The notes: generated by a model from the letters alone, not told the origin. 64,000 nt of DNA from Actinomycetota bacterium (GCA_046048895.1 JBJOFF010000002.1:56668-120667); one strand, 5' to 3'. Shown: positions 30,074-39,135, counted from the first letter of the stretch. Program-made: numbers and translations.

Positions 30074-31171
30074 TTAATTCATTTCAGCGATTGTTACAGG
30101 GCGACACTCTGCGATGCTCTTATGAGCAGCTAAGCCAGTAATTACGCTGGTTGCGCCATCTTTTAATGTTACTTCTGCAGGGGTTTTATTAAGTATTGCA
30201 TCCCGAAATTTAACGTGTTCGATGTATGAAGCACCGTAATGATGTCCTAGATATTTAACGGAAAGATCCATCACTTGCTTAACTTCACTGCCCCTGCCAG
30301 TTCCTTCACCTACGCCCCATCCAGAGCGTTTGCCCCAATCCTCTCTTCGGGAGTAGCGAACATTTAGCGAAGGCAAGAATGATTCCAGTTTTCCCTCATC
30401 GCCGACCACAGTGAGAATCTCTTTGTCATATGAACCTTCTGCAAACATACAGAGATCAAGCATTGCACGGATACCTCCGGCATATTCAAGAATTACATAT
30501 GCGTTATCCAACATATCTGCCTGTTGGCCATCATATTTCTCATCAAGATGGTTTACATTCTGACCGCCAGATGCAAAAACTCTGATTGGTTGGCTACCAA
30601 TAATTAAATCCATCAAATTAAAGTAATGACAGCATTTCTCTACCAGCGTGCCACCAGTTCGTTTTGCAAAGCGATTCCAATTGCCTACTTTTGGGTAGAA
30701 GGGTTCACGATGTTCGCGAATTGCAACTTGGTGCACTTTGCCAACAGCACCAGCTTTCGCCCGTTGAATTACTTCGTTAACTGGGGGCATAAAACGATAT
30801 TCAAGGCCCATCCATGTCAATGCACTTCTCTTTGATTCCCAATCAATAATTTTCTTGCAGTCTTCTACAGTGGTTGCCAAAGGCTTTTCTACGAAAACAG
30901 ATAAATTTGTAGCTAAGGCATCAGATAGAACGTCAACATGAGTGTCGTTAGGGGTTGCGATTACAACCGCATCAACCAAACCAGATTCTAAAAGTTGACG
31001 GTGATCTGTAAATTGCTTTGGGTTGCTGCCTGCCACGCTACTTGCCTGAGCGATGGAATTGGAATCAGGGTCTGCGATCGCAGTGATTGTGGCACCACCC
31101 ATAATCTTGATGTTTTCAATATGTTCGCGCCCCATGCTGCCTGCGCCGATAATTCCATAACGTAGGGTCAT
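30074..31171 (-). CDS. Gfo/Idh/MocA-family NAD(P)-dependent oxidoreductase (candidate NAD-dependent sulfoquinovosidase or sulfolactaldehyde-level dehydrogenase)
   Basis: Rossmann block YGIIGAGSMG, the EKPLA motif and GGTLVEKCCHYFNLMD. I prefer the ATG at 31171 (MTLRYGIIG) over the TTG at 31177 used by the track. Its stop directly abuts the aldolase stop. Confidence 0.75.
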   Translation of the reverse strand: MTLRYGIIGAGSMGREHIENIKIMGGATITAIADPDSNSIAQASSVAGSNPKQFTDHRQLLESGLVDAVVIATPNDTHVDVLSDALATNLSVFVEKPLATTVEDCKKIIDWESKRSALTWMGLEYRFMPPVNEVIQRAKAGAVGKVHQVAIREHREPFYPKVGNWNRFAKRTGGTLVEKCCHYFNLMDLIIGSQPIRVFASGGQNVNHLDEKYDGQQADMLDNAYVILEYAGGIRAMLDLCMFAEGSYDKEILTVVGDEGKLESFLPSLNVRYSRREDWGKRSGWGVGEGTGRGSEVKQVMDLSVKYLGHHYGASYIEHVKFRDAILNKTPAEVTLKDGATSVITGLAAHKSIAECRPVTIAEMN

Positions 31172-31173
31172 GG

Positions 31174-31192
31174 CCAAAGGTTAGACCACTTG
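31174..31192. promoter_or_regulatory. operator copy 2 (CCAAAGGTTAGACCACTTG)
   Basis: 16/19 identical to copy 3. It lies at the translation start of the minus-strand oxidoreductase gene. Confidence 0.5.
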
Positions 31193-31214
31193 CTAAATAA
31201 ATGGGAGAGAAGTC

Positions 31215-31244
31215 TTGAAATTAGGCGCAAGTTCCATTTAGACT
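31215..31244 (+). promoter_or_regulatory. candidate promoter of the suyAB-like operon (TTGAAA-N18-TAGACT)
   Basis: The hexamers were read from the sequence, and the operator follows 4 nt downstream. Confidence 0.45.
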
Positions 31245-31248
31245 GCGG

Positions 31249-31267
31249 CCAGAGGTCAGACCACTGG
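31249..31267. promoter_or_regulatory. operator copy 3 (CCAGAGGTCAGACCACTGG), 19-bp near-perfect palindrome
   Basis: The reverse complement is CCAGTGGTCTGACCTCTGG, so 16/19 positions are self-complementary. The conserved 28-nt block AGACTGCGsCCA(A)GAGGTCArACCACTGG is shared with 22959..22986. Confidence 0.65.
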
Positions 31268-31298
31268 ACCGAATTCTTATGAAAAGCGAGGAGCTCAT

Positions 31299-31598
31299 AT
31301 GGCTACACCTCCACAGTTCTTGCTCCATCACGATGGCGATAACGTCGCTGTTGCAATGGACGATTTAGAACCTGGAACCTTGCATGGTCTCTCAGTTAAA
31401 GAGGGCACTGCATATACTGAAATTCTTAACCATGCGATTCCGTTGGGACATAAATTTGCATTGACAGATATCCCTGAAGGCGGAGCAATTATCAAGTATG
31501 GAATCAAAGTTGGCCTTGCGTCGGCTGCAATTAAAAAAGGCGATTACATTCACACACACAACATGAGGAGTTATCGATGGGAAGCAAGCCGCGCTTAA
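31299..31598 (+). CDS. SAF-domain small subunit of a split UxaA-type lyase/dehydratase, SuyA-like
   Basis: A 99 aa protein with SAF/UxaA-N blocks GHKFALTDIPEGGAIIKYG and GDYIHTHNM. The SD GAGGAG lies 5 nt upstream. Confidence 0.7.
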   Translation: MATPPQFLLHHDGDNVAVAMDDLEPGTLHGLSVKEGTAYTEILNHAIPLGHKFALTDIPEGGAIIKYGIKVGLASAAIKKGDYIHTHNMRSYRWEASRA

Positions 31599-32743
31599 TG
31601 GGATACCGCCGACCAAACGGCACTATCGGTATCCGCAATCACGTAGTTATTTTGCCGCTTGATGATCTATCAAATGCGGCAGCTGAGGCTGTATCAAAAG
31701 TTATTCCAGGAACTCTTGCTTTGCCACATGCCTTTGGCAGATTGCAATTTGGTCAAGATTTAGAGTTGACTTTCAAAACTCTGATTGGCACTGGCATGAA
31801 TGCAAATGTTGCTGCTGTTATCGTTATTGGTATTGAACCAAAATGGACTAATCGTGTAGCAGAAGGTATTGCCAAATCTGGAAAGCCAGTTGCCGCTTTT
31901 TCAATTGAGGGCAAGGGTGATTTACAAACAATCACCGAAGCATCTCGTATGGCTGCAATGTTCTTGCAAGATGCATCAGGTCTTGAGCGTGAACAAGCCG
32001 AAATTGGTGAAATGATTATGTCTATCAAGTGTGGAGAATCAGATACCACCTCTGGACTTGGTTCATGCCCAACAACTTCAGAAGCTGTAGATCGCTGGGT
32101 AGAAGCTGGTGGCACTGTTTTCTTTGGTGAAACTTCCGAGTTAACCGGTGGAGAGCATTTAATTGCAGATCGCTGTATTGATGATGCATGTCGAATCGCA
32201 TTTCAAAATACTTACGATAAGTACATTGAAGTTATCGAATCTACCGGAGCAAATCTGCTTGGTTCGCAGCCTACCCAAGGCAATATCGCTGGTGGCTTGA
32301 CTACCATTGAGGAGAAAGCGCTAGGAAACATCGCTAAGACAGGCTCTGTTCCAGTTGTGGGCGTTTTGGATTATGCAGAGCAGCCAGACCCGAATAAAAA
32401 AGGTCTTTACTTCATGAACTCATCTTCAGCCGCCGCCGAGTGTGTAACTCTGATGGCAGCTGGCGGAGCGGTGATTCACTTGTTCCCGACCGGACAAGGC
32501 AACGTAATCGGTAATCCAATTGTTCCGGTACTTAAGTTGACAGCAAATAAAAAGACTGCAGCTAGCATGAAAGAACATATCGATTTAGATGTTTCTGGTT
32601 TACTTCGTTATGAATACGATCTTAAAAAAGCGGGCGACATGATGATGGATGTAATTTACAAAACTGTAAATGGTCGTCTTTGTGCAGCAGAAGTTACAGG
32701 TCACCGCGAATTTACTTTCACAAAGCTTTATATCAGCGCGTGA
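31577..32743 (+). CDS. UxaA C-terminal-type large subunit, SuyB-like (candidate (R)-sulfolactate sulfo-lyase)
   Basis: A 388 aa protein with blocks GIRNHVVILP, KCGESDTTSGL, GETSELTGGEH, GGLTTIEEKALGN and HLFPTGQGN. An internal GAGGAG SD precedes the ATG, and it overlaps the small subunit gene by 22 nt. Confidence 0.7.
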   Translation: MGSKPRLMGYRRPNGTIGIRNHVVILPLDDLSNAAAEAVSKVIPGTLALPHAFGRLQFGQDLELTFKTLIGTGMNANVAAVIVIGIEPKWTNRVAEGIAKSGKPVAAFSIEGKGDLQTITEASRMAAMFLQDASGLEREQAEIGEMIMSIKCGESDTTSGLGSCPTTSEAVDRWVEAGGTVFFGETSELTGGEHLIADRCIDDACRIAFQNTYDKYIEVIESTGANLLGSQPTQGNIAGGLTTIEEKALGNIAKTGSVPVVGVLDYAEQPDPNKKGLYFMNSSSAAAECVTLMAAGGAVIHLFPTGQGNVIGNPIVPVLKLTANKKTAASMKEHIDLDVSGLLRYEYDLKKAGDMMMDVIYKTVNGRLCAAEVTGHREFTFTKLYISA

Positions 32744-33666
32744 TTTTAATTTCCGAAGATGTTTGGGGTGCGCCGTTTGAAGAGTTATCTAAACGGCGCT
32801 CCATTCATCAAGATACAGACCTTTGGCAAGATGCAAGTAAATTAAAAGAGTCCGTCAAAGAAGCTCAAGTTTTAGTAGTTAGAAATAGAACCAAAGTAAC
32901 TGCTGATGTAATCGCAGCTGCACCAAAGTTAAAGGTTATTGCTCGCGCAGGAGTAGGTCTAGATAATATAGATCTTGAAGCTGCGGATAGCGCTGGCGTG
33001 ATAGTAGTTGCGGGTTTAGGTGCAAACGCAATTTCAGTGGCTGAGATGACTTTGGGATTAGCTTTGGCTTTGAGCAGAGATATCGCAGCTCAAGATCAAA
33101 TCACAAAGTCTGGCAATTGGAATAGAACACCTGGTGTAGAAATCACCGGGAAGACTTGGGGTTTACTGGGATGTGGTGCAACCGGACGGGCTACTGCAAA
33201 CCTACTTAAAGGATTTAACTGTAAGGTGCTGGGTTTTGACCCCTTTTTTCAGGGAAATGCAGAAATTCAAATGGGTACTTGGGATGAAGTTGTTAGCAAA
33301 TCAGATTTTATCAGCGTTCATATGCCTGCAACTAGCCAAACCATCGGATCAATTAATCAAGAGTTCTTTACCAAAATGAAGTCAACTGCATTTTTGATAA
33401 ATGTGGGAAGAGGTGAGTTGGTAAACGAGGCTGATTTAATTGAAGCGCTTAAAGCAAAAACTATAGCTGGTGCAGCACTAGATGTAAGAACAACTGAGCC
33501 GCCTTTAAAAGGAGAATTAGAGCAAATTCAAAATTTGATTTTGACTCCGCATATTGCAGGCATCACCAAAGAATCACAATTAGCAATTAATCAAATATTG
33601 GTCAATAACATCGATTTGGTTTTAGATGGTAAAAAAGCAACTCATGCGGTTGGTAAAGTCTCGTGA
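32740..33666 (+). CDS. D-isomer-specific 2-hydroxyacid dehydrogenase (phosphoglycerate dehydrogenase-like)
   Basis: I place the start at GTG 32740 (GTGA overlap with the upstream stop), giving [10 protein letters not shown]. The track start at 32680 lies inside the upstream gene. NAD motif [11 protein letters not shown] and catalytic-region block TPHIAG. Confidence 0.8.
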   Translation: MILISEDVWGAPFEELSKRRSIHQDTDLWQDASKLKESVKEAQVLVVRNRTKVTADVIAAAPKLKVIARAGVGLDNIDLEAADSAGVIVVAGLGANAISVAEMTLGLALALSRDIAAQDQITKSGNWNRTPGVEITGKTWGLLGCGATGRATANLLKGFNCKVLGFDPFFQGNAEIQMGTWDEVVSKSDFISVHMPATSQTIGSINQEFFTKMKSTAFLINVGRGELVNEADLIEALKAKTIAGAALDVRTTEPPLKGELEQIQNLILTPHIAGITKESQLAINQILVNNIDLVLDGKKATHAVGKVS

Positions 33667-34664
33667 CAAAATTAAAATTTGAAACAGCAGTTTTACAAGC
33701 TTCTGATTTACTGCAAGCTGCCGGAATGCCTAAAGAAGAAGCTGACATTTCGGCAAATTGCATTGTGGCTAGCGATGTTTGGGGAATCGGAAGCCACGGA
33801 CTAATGCGCTTGCCCTTTTATTTAGAAAGACTCGTAGCTGGCGGCATTAATCCAAAGGCAAAATTAAAAGAGATTACTAATCTGCCATCGTTACGAATTT
33901 TTGATGGCGAAACCGGAATGGGCCATTGGCAATTAAAAAAGGCTGCAGAAGTTGCAGCTAATTTAGCGGATTCGCAAGGGATTGCAGCAGTTGGCGTTGG
34001 TCGATCAAATCACTGTGGCGCATTGGGACTATATGTATGGCCGATGTTGCAAAAGAATTTGGTAGGCATCGTTTTCAGTAATGGGCCTGCGGTGATGCCA
34101 CCTTGGGGTGGAAATAAACCAATGCTCTCAACTTCACCAATTGCAGCAGGCATTCCTGGGAAAAATCACACGGTTATTGATTTAGCTACTAGCGCAGTAG
34201 CGCGTGGAAAAATCGCCGCTAAAGCGCAGAAAGGTGAAGCTTTAGAACCTGGCTGGGCCTTTGATCAAAATGGTCTACCAACTTTAGATGCCAAAAGCGC
34301 ATTAAATGGAATGCTTGCACCACTTGGTGGAGTTAAAGGTTACGCACTAGCGGTTTTAGTTGAGTCATTAACTGGTGCATTAGTTGGACCAAATTTGGCA
34401 GCCGATGTTCCGGATATGTTTGATAATAATATGGCTAAGTTGCCGCAAGATATTTCGCATTTTGTGATTGCAATTAAAGCTGAAGCTCTAACTGTAGATG
34501 GCCATAACCGTATGGAAGAATTTTCAACGAGGGTAGATGAAGCCGGCGGTCGAATGCCAGGGAAAAATCGAGTGAATCCATTCGAAATATCAGCAGGCAC
34601 AGAATTTGATATTGCAGACTCAGTCTCTGCAGAACTTTCCAATTGGAGTTCAAAATTATTATAA
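33663..34664 (+). CDS. Ldh_2 (malate/L-lactate/ComC sulfolactate dehydrogenase) family oxidoreductase
   Basis: Blocks GIGSHGLMRLP, RSNHCGALG, LSTSPIAAGIP, DLATSAVARGKI and GGVKGYALA. GTGA junction with the upstream gene. Confidence 0.8.
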   Translation: MTKLKFETAVLQASDLLQAAGMPKEEADISANCIVASDVWGIGSHGLMRLPFYLERLVAGGINPKAKLKEITNLPSLRIFDGETGMGHWQLKKAAEVAANLADSQGIAAVGVGRSNHCGALGLYVWPMLQKNLVGIVFSNGPAVMPPWGGNKPMLSTSPIAAGIPGKNHTVIDLATSAVARGKIAAKAQKGEALEPGWAFDQNGLPTLDAKSALNGMLAPLGGVKGYALAVLVESLTGALVGPNLAADVPDMFDNNMAKLPQDISHFVIAIKAEALTVDGHNRMEEFSTRVDEAGGRMPGKNRVNPFEISAGTEFDIADSVSAELSNWSSKLL

Positions 34665-35650
34665 CCAGAAATTTTCCTGGGCTAGCGCTGATTGCTGGCT
34701 TTGTTGCAATTGCATTTCAAGTAAATAGCTATCAACCTGCCGTAAGTCCATTAGCTCTCTGTGTTTTATTTGGATTCCTGGCATCAAACTTAGCAAGTTG
34801 GCCTAATTGGGCTGAGTCTGGAACAAAACTTGCAAGTAAACGAATAATGCGAATCGGCGTTGCATTGCTTGGTTTTCAACTTAGTGTTGAAGCTCTCCAG
34901 CAGATTGGCTTAAAAGGAGTTTTGACGGTACTTGCAGTAGTTATCTTTACCATTTTTGGAATTTTGTTTCTCTCCAAATTATTTGGCATGACTGGTGATT
35001 TAGGTTTACTAATCGGAGTTGGTTTCGGAGTCTGTGGTGCAACTGCAGTAGCGGCGATTCGGCCACAAACAAAGGCAACACAAGAAGAAACTTCTTATGC
35101 CATCGCATTGATTTCGCTTTGTGGCACTTTATCTATTGTGGTGCTCCCATTAATTGGGCACGTACTCAATCTATCGACACAAACTTTTGGCGCATGGGCT
35201 GGCGCTGCCGTGCATGATGTGGGTCAAGTTATTGCTACTGCATCCGTATGGGATCAAGATGCAATTGCTGCAGCGATTGTGGTCAAGTTAGCGCGAGTAA
35301 GCATGCTAGCCCCAATAGTTTTAATACTTTCAATTAGACATAGAAAGTATTTAAGAAGTATCAATAAAAGCGAAGAAAAAAGTGAAAAAGTTCCATTAAT
35401 TCCATTTTTTGTAATTGGTTTTATTGCAGTAGCTGTCTTTCACAATACGGTTGATATACCAACAGGTACAACGGCAAATTTTGTTTTGTTATCCAAATGG
35501 TTGCTTGGTGCGGGCTTAGTAGCCCTTGGTGCAAATGTTAAATGGAATAACATTAAAAAAATTGGCGCTAAACCAATGTTAATGGGAATGCTCGCATGGC
35601 TAATTGTTGCTGGTGTAGCACTCTTTGCAGTTAACTTAACTGGGATTTAG
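34643..35650 (+). CDS. YeiH/UPF0324 putative sulfate/sulfite exporter (PSE) family membrane protein, SuyZ-like
   Basis: A polytopic 335 aa protein with blocks GVGFGVCGATAVAA and AVHDVGQV. It overlaps the upstream gene by 22 nt (TTG start). Confidence 0.7.
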   Translation: MEFKIIITRNFPGLALIAGFVAIAFQVNSYQPAVSPLALCVLFGFLASNLASWPNWAESGTKLASKRIMRIGVALLGFQLSVEALQQIGLKGVLTVLAVVIFTIFGILFLSKLFGMTGDLGLLIGVGFGVCGATAVAAIRPQTKATQEETSYAIALISLCGTLSIVVLPLIGHVLNLSTQTFGAWAGAAVHDVGQVIATASVWDQDAIAAAIVVKLARVSMLAPIVLILSIRHRKYLRSINKSEEKSEKVPLIPFFVIGFIAVAVFHNTVDIPTGTTANFVLLSKWLLGAGLVALGANVKWNNIKKIGAKPMLMGMLAWLIVAGVALFAVNLTGI

Positions 35651-36515
35651 TCTGCTTAACCAAGTCAGTTGCAAGCGCAAATAACGCAACCCAAATAATT
35701 AAGAATCCAACCCAACGCGCAGCTGGCATAGCTTCATGGTTAATCCAGACTCCAATTGAAAATTGCAGAGTTGGAGTTATGTATTGCAAGAGACCCAATG
35801 TGGAATATGGAAGGCGAGTAGCTGCGCCATTGAAGAGTAATAAAGGAATCGCGGTGACCGCTCCAGCTGCAGTTAAAAGCAGCGTCAAACTCAGCGAGGA
35901 TCCTCCCCATTGACCTTGACCTTTGCTACCTAAGTAGAAGAGAAATCCAGCGTAAGGAATAAATGAGATCAACGTTTCGATGGTTAGCCCTTCGAGCGCC
36001 CCTAGATTTAAGCGCTTTTTAATCAACCCGTAAGAGCCCCAAGAAGTGGCAAGTACCAAAGCAATCCATGGCAATCTGCCGTAATCGTAAGTGAGGACCA
36101 ATACGCCAATTGCACCCATACCAACTGCGAGCCACTGCAATTTACGAAGTTTCTCTTTCAGGAGAATTACGCCAAAAGCAATGATAAATAAGGGGTTTAT
36201 GTAATACCCAAGGGCTGCTTCGACTACATGTCCATTGTTGGTTGCCCAGATGTAAACCAACCAATTGATAGAAATTAACGCAGATGCGATTGTTAATCGA
36301 ATGAAAACTCTTTTAGTGAACATCAGTGAAAACATATTTCGCAGCTGTTTTTGAAATGCTAAAACTAAGATACAGAAAATTGATGTCCAAGCTGCGCGAT
36401 GCGAAACGATTTCTTGGGGTGAGGCAGGTTCTAGTAGTGGCCAGTAAAGTGGGAAGAGCCCCCACAGCACATGAGCTGAGACTCCAAAAGTTAATCCAAG
36501 TTTGTATTTATTCAA
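35631..36515 (-). CDS. rarD: EamA/DMT-family permease RarD
   Basis: 10-TM layout with the RarD-type N-terminus GVSAHVLWGLFPLYWPLL...EIVSHRAAW. Confidence 0.75.
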   Translation of the reverse strand: MNKYKLGLTFGVSAHVLWGLFPLYWPLLEPASPQEIVSHRAAWTSIFCILVLAFQKQLRNMFSLMFTKRVFIRLTIASALISINWLVYIWATNNGHVVEAALGYYINPLFIIAFGVILLKEKLRKLQWLAVGMGAIGVLVLTYDYGRLPWIALVLATSWGSYGLIKKRLNLGALEGLTIETLISFIPYAGFLFYLGSKGQGQWGGSSLSLTLLLTAAGAVTAIPLLLFNGAATRLPYSTLGLLQYITPTLQFSIGVWINHEAMPAARWVGFLIIWVALFALATDLVKQTKSQLS

Positions 36516-36521
36516 TTTAAA

Positions 36522-37010
36522 CTATCTGTAGTTTACAAATTGGACAGCAAAATCAAGAGAAGCATTTTTTACGAGCGCAATAACCTCTTGCAAGTCATCT
36601 CGAGATTTACTGGATACGCGAAGTTCGTCTCCTTGAATCTGAGTCTTAACTGCTTTGGGTCCTTCATCTTTAATTAGCTTCGCAACTTTTTTGGCATTCT
36701 CTGTGGAGATACCCTCTTTGAGCGGGCAATTAATCTTGGTTAATTTTCCAGATTGCTGTGGCTCAGAAGGATCTAAGTGTTTCAGTGAAACATTACGCTT
36801 AATCATCTTCTCTTTGAGTACTTCAAGGGCTGCCTTGGCGCGTTCTTCGGTTTCGGATTCAATCTTGATAACATCGCCAGCCATCTCTAACTTGGTGCCG
36901 GTACCTTTAAAATCAAAGCGCGTATCCAGCTCGCGAGCAGCTTGGTTGACCGCATTATCTAACTCTGCGCGATCAATCTTTGAAACGATATCGAAACTAC
37001 TATCAGCCAT
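36522..37010 (-). CDS. yajQ: YajQ-family nucleotide-binding protein (UPF0234)
   Basis: A 162 aa protein with [36 protein letters not shown] and a C-terminal FVNYR. Confidence 0.85.
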   Translation of the reverse strand: MADSSFDIVSKIDRAELDNAVNQAARELDTRFDFKGTGTKLEMAGDVIKIESETEERAKAALEVLKEKMIKRNVSLKHLDPSEPQQSGKLTKINCPLKEGISTENAKKVAKLIKDEGPKAVKTQIQGDELRVSSKSRDDLQEVIALVKNASLDFAVQFVNYR

Positions 37011-37036
37011 AATGGTTAAGGTAACAACCTTTCAAC

Positions 37037-37072
37037 TAAAAGAGAAACCCGCCTCACGTATGAGACGGGTTT
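37037..37072 (-). terminator. candidate intrinsic terminator of the zinc-ribbon gene
   Basis: On the minus strand, AAACCCGTCTCA-TACG-TGAGGCGGGTTT (12-bp stem, one mismatch) is followed by CTCTTTTAGTT. Confidence 0.55.
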
Positions 37073-37093
37073 AACTACTTATTGCTTAACTAG

Positions 37094-37255
37094 TTACTGT
37101 GCCTTACCAAGAATGCGGTTTACCTTGGTGCCGCAAACTGGGCAGATGCCCTGTGCCATGCGACGACCAGAGTCAGAAACCTTTACGGTTCCTTCGAATT
37201 CACGCTTCTCTTTGCACTTCACGCAGTAAGCGTCACCTTTATATGTCTCTGCCAT
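37094..37255 (-). CDS. small zinc-ribbon protein (DUF5679-like)
   Basis: Two CxxC pairs (CVKC...CPVC). The start is placed at the ATG at 37255, preceded by GGAGA at 8 nt. The track start at 37279 was rejected. Confidence 0.65.
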   Translation of the reverse strand: MAETYKGDAYCVKCKEKREFEGTVKVSDSGRRMAQGICPVCGTKVNRILGKAQ

Positions 37256-37422
37256 ATGTACCATCTCCAATCGACGCACCCGGAGTCGAATCTCCTCGGC
37301 GCTCAGATAAAAGATTACCCCTGCTTGAGCCTAAATCTGCGCTCATTTACTCGAAATTTGGGTAAATGTGAGCTTTTATTGAGCGGATTTGAGCGCAAAT
37401 CGACCTTCAATTACCCTACGTC

Positions 37423-37449
37423 TTAGCACTCGGGACCCGAGAGTGATAA
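37423..37449 (+). promoter_or_regulatory. CIRCE element (HrcA operator) TTAGCACTC-N9-GAGTGATAA
   Basis: One mismatch to the consensus TTAGCACTC-N9-GAGTGCTAA. It lies 51 nt upstream of the groEL ATG. Confidence 0.85.
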
Positions 37450-37496
37450 ATCGGGCCAAAGAGGGAAATTAATCAAGAGACTGTCAAAGGAGATAA

Positions 37497-39119
<1,623 letters not shown>

Positions 39120-39135
39120 GTCTTAATTTTCTCTA

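Noticed and set aside
32680-32739. The track start of the D-2-hydroxyacid dehydrogenase, 60 nt inside the suyB-like gene.
   Set aside because: The GTG at 32740 forms a GTGA stop/start junction and gives the usual short N-terminus before the first beta-strand (MILISEDVW).
21838-36515. Whether the carbohydrate island is a mobile element or genomic island.
   Set aside because: I see no integrase, transposase, flanking tRNA or flanking direct repeats. The junctions are ordinary operon boundaries. Horizontal origin cannot be judged without composition statistics or comparative data.
37326-37345. A possible second CIRCE-like inverted repeat TGAGC-N10-GCTCA upstream of groEL.
   Set aside because: It has only 5-bp arms, the wrong spacing and a poor match to TTAGCACTC-N9-GAGTGCTAA. 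Only the 37423..37449 element is convincing.
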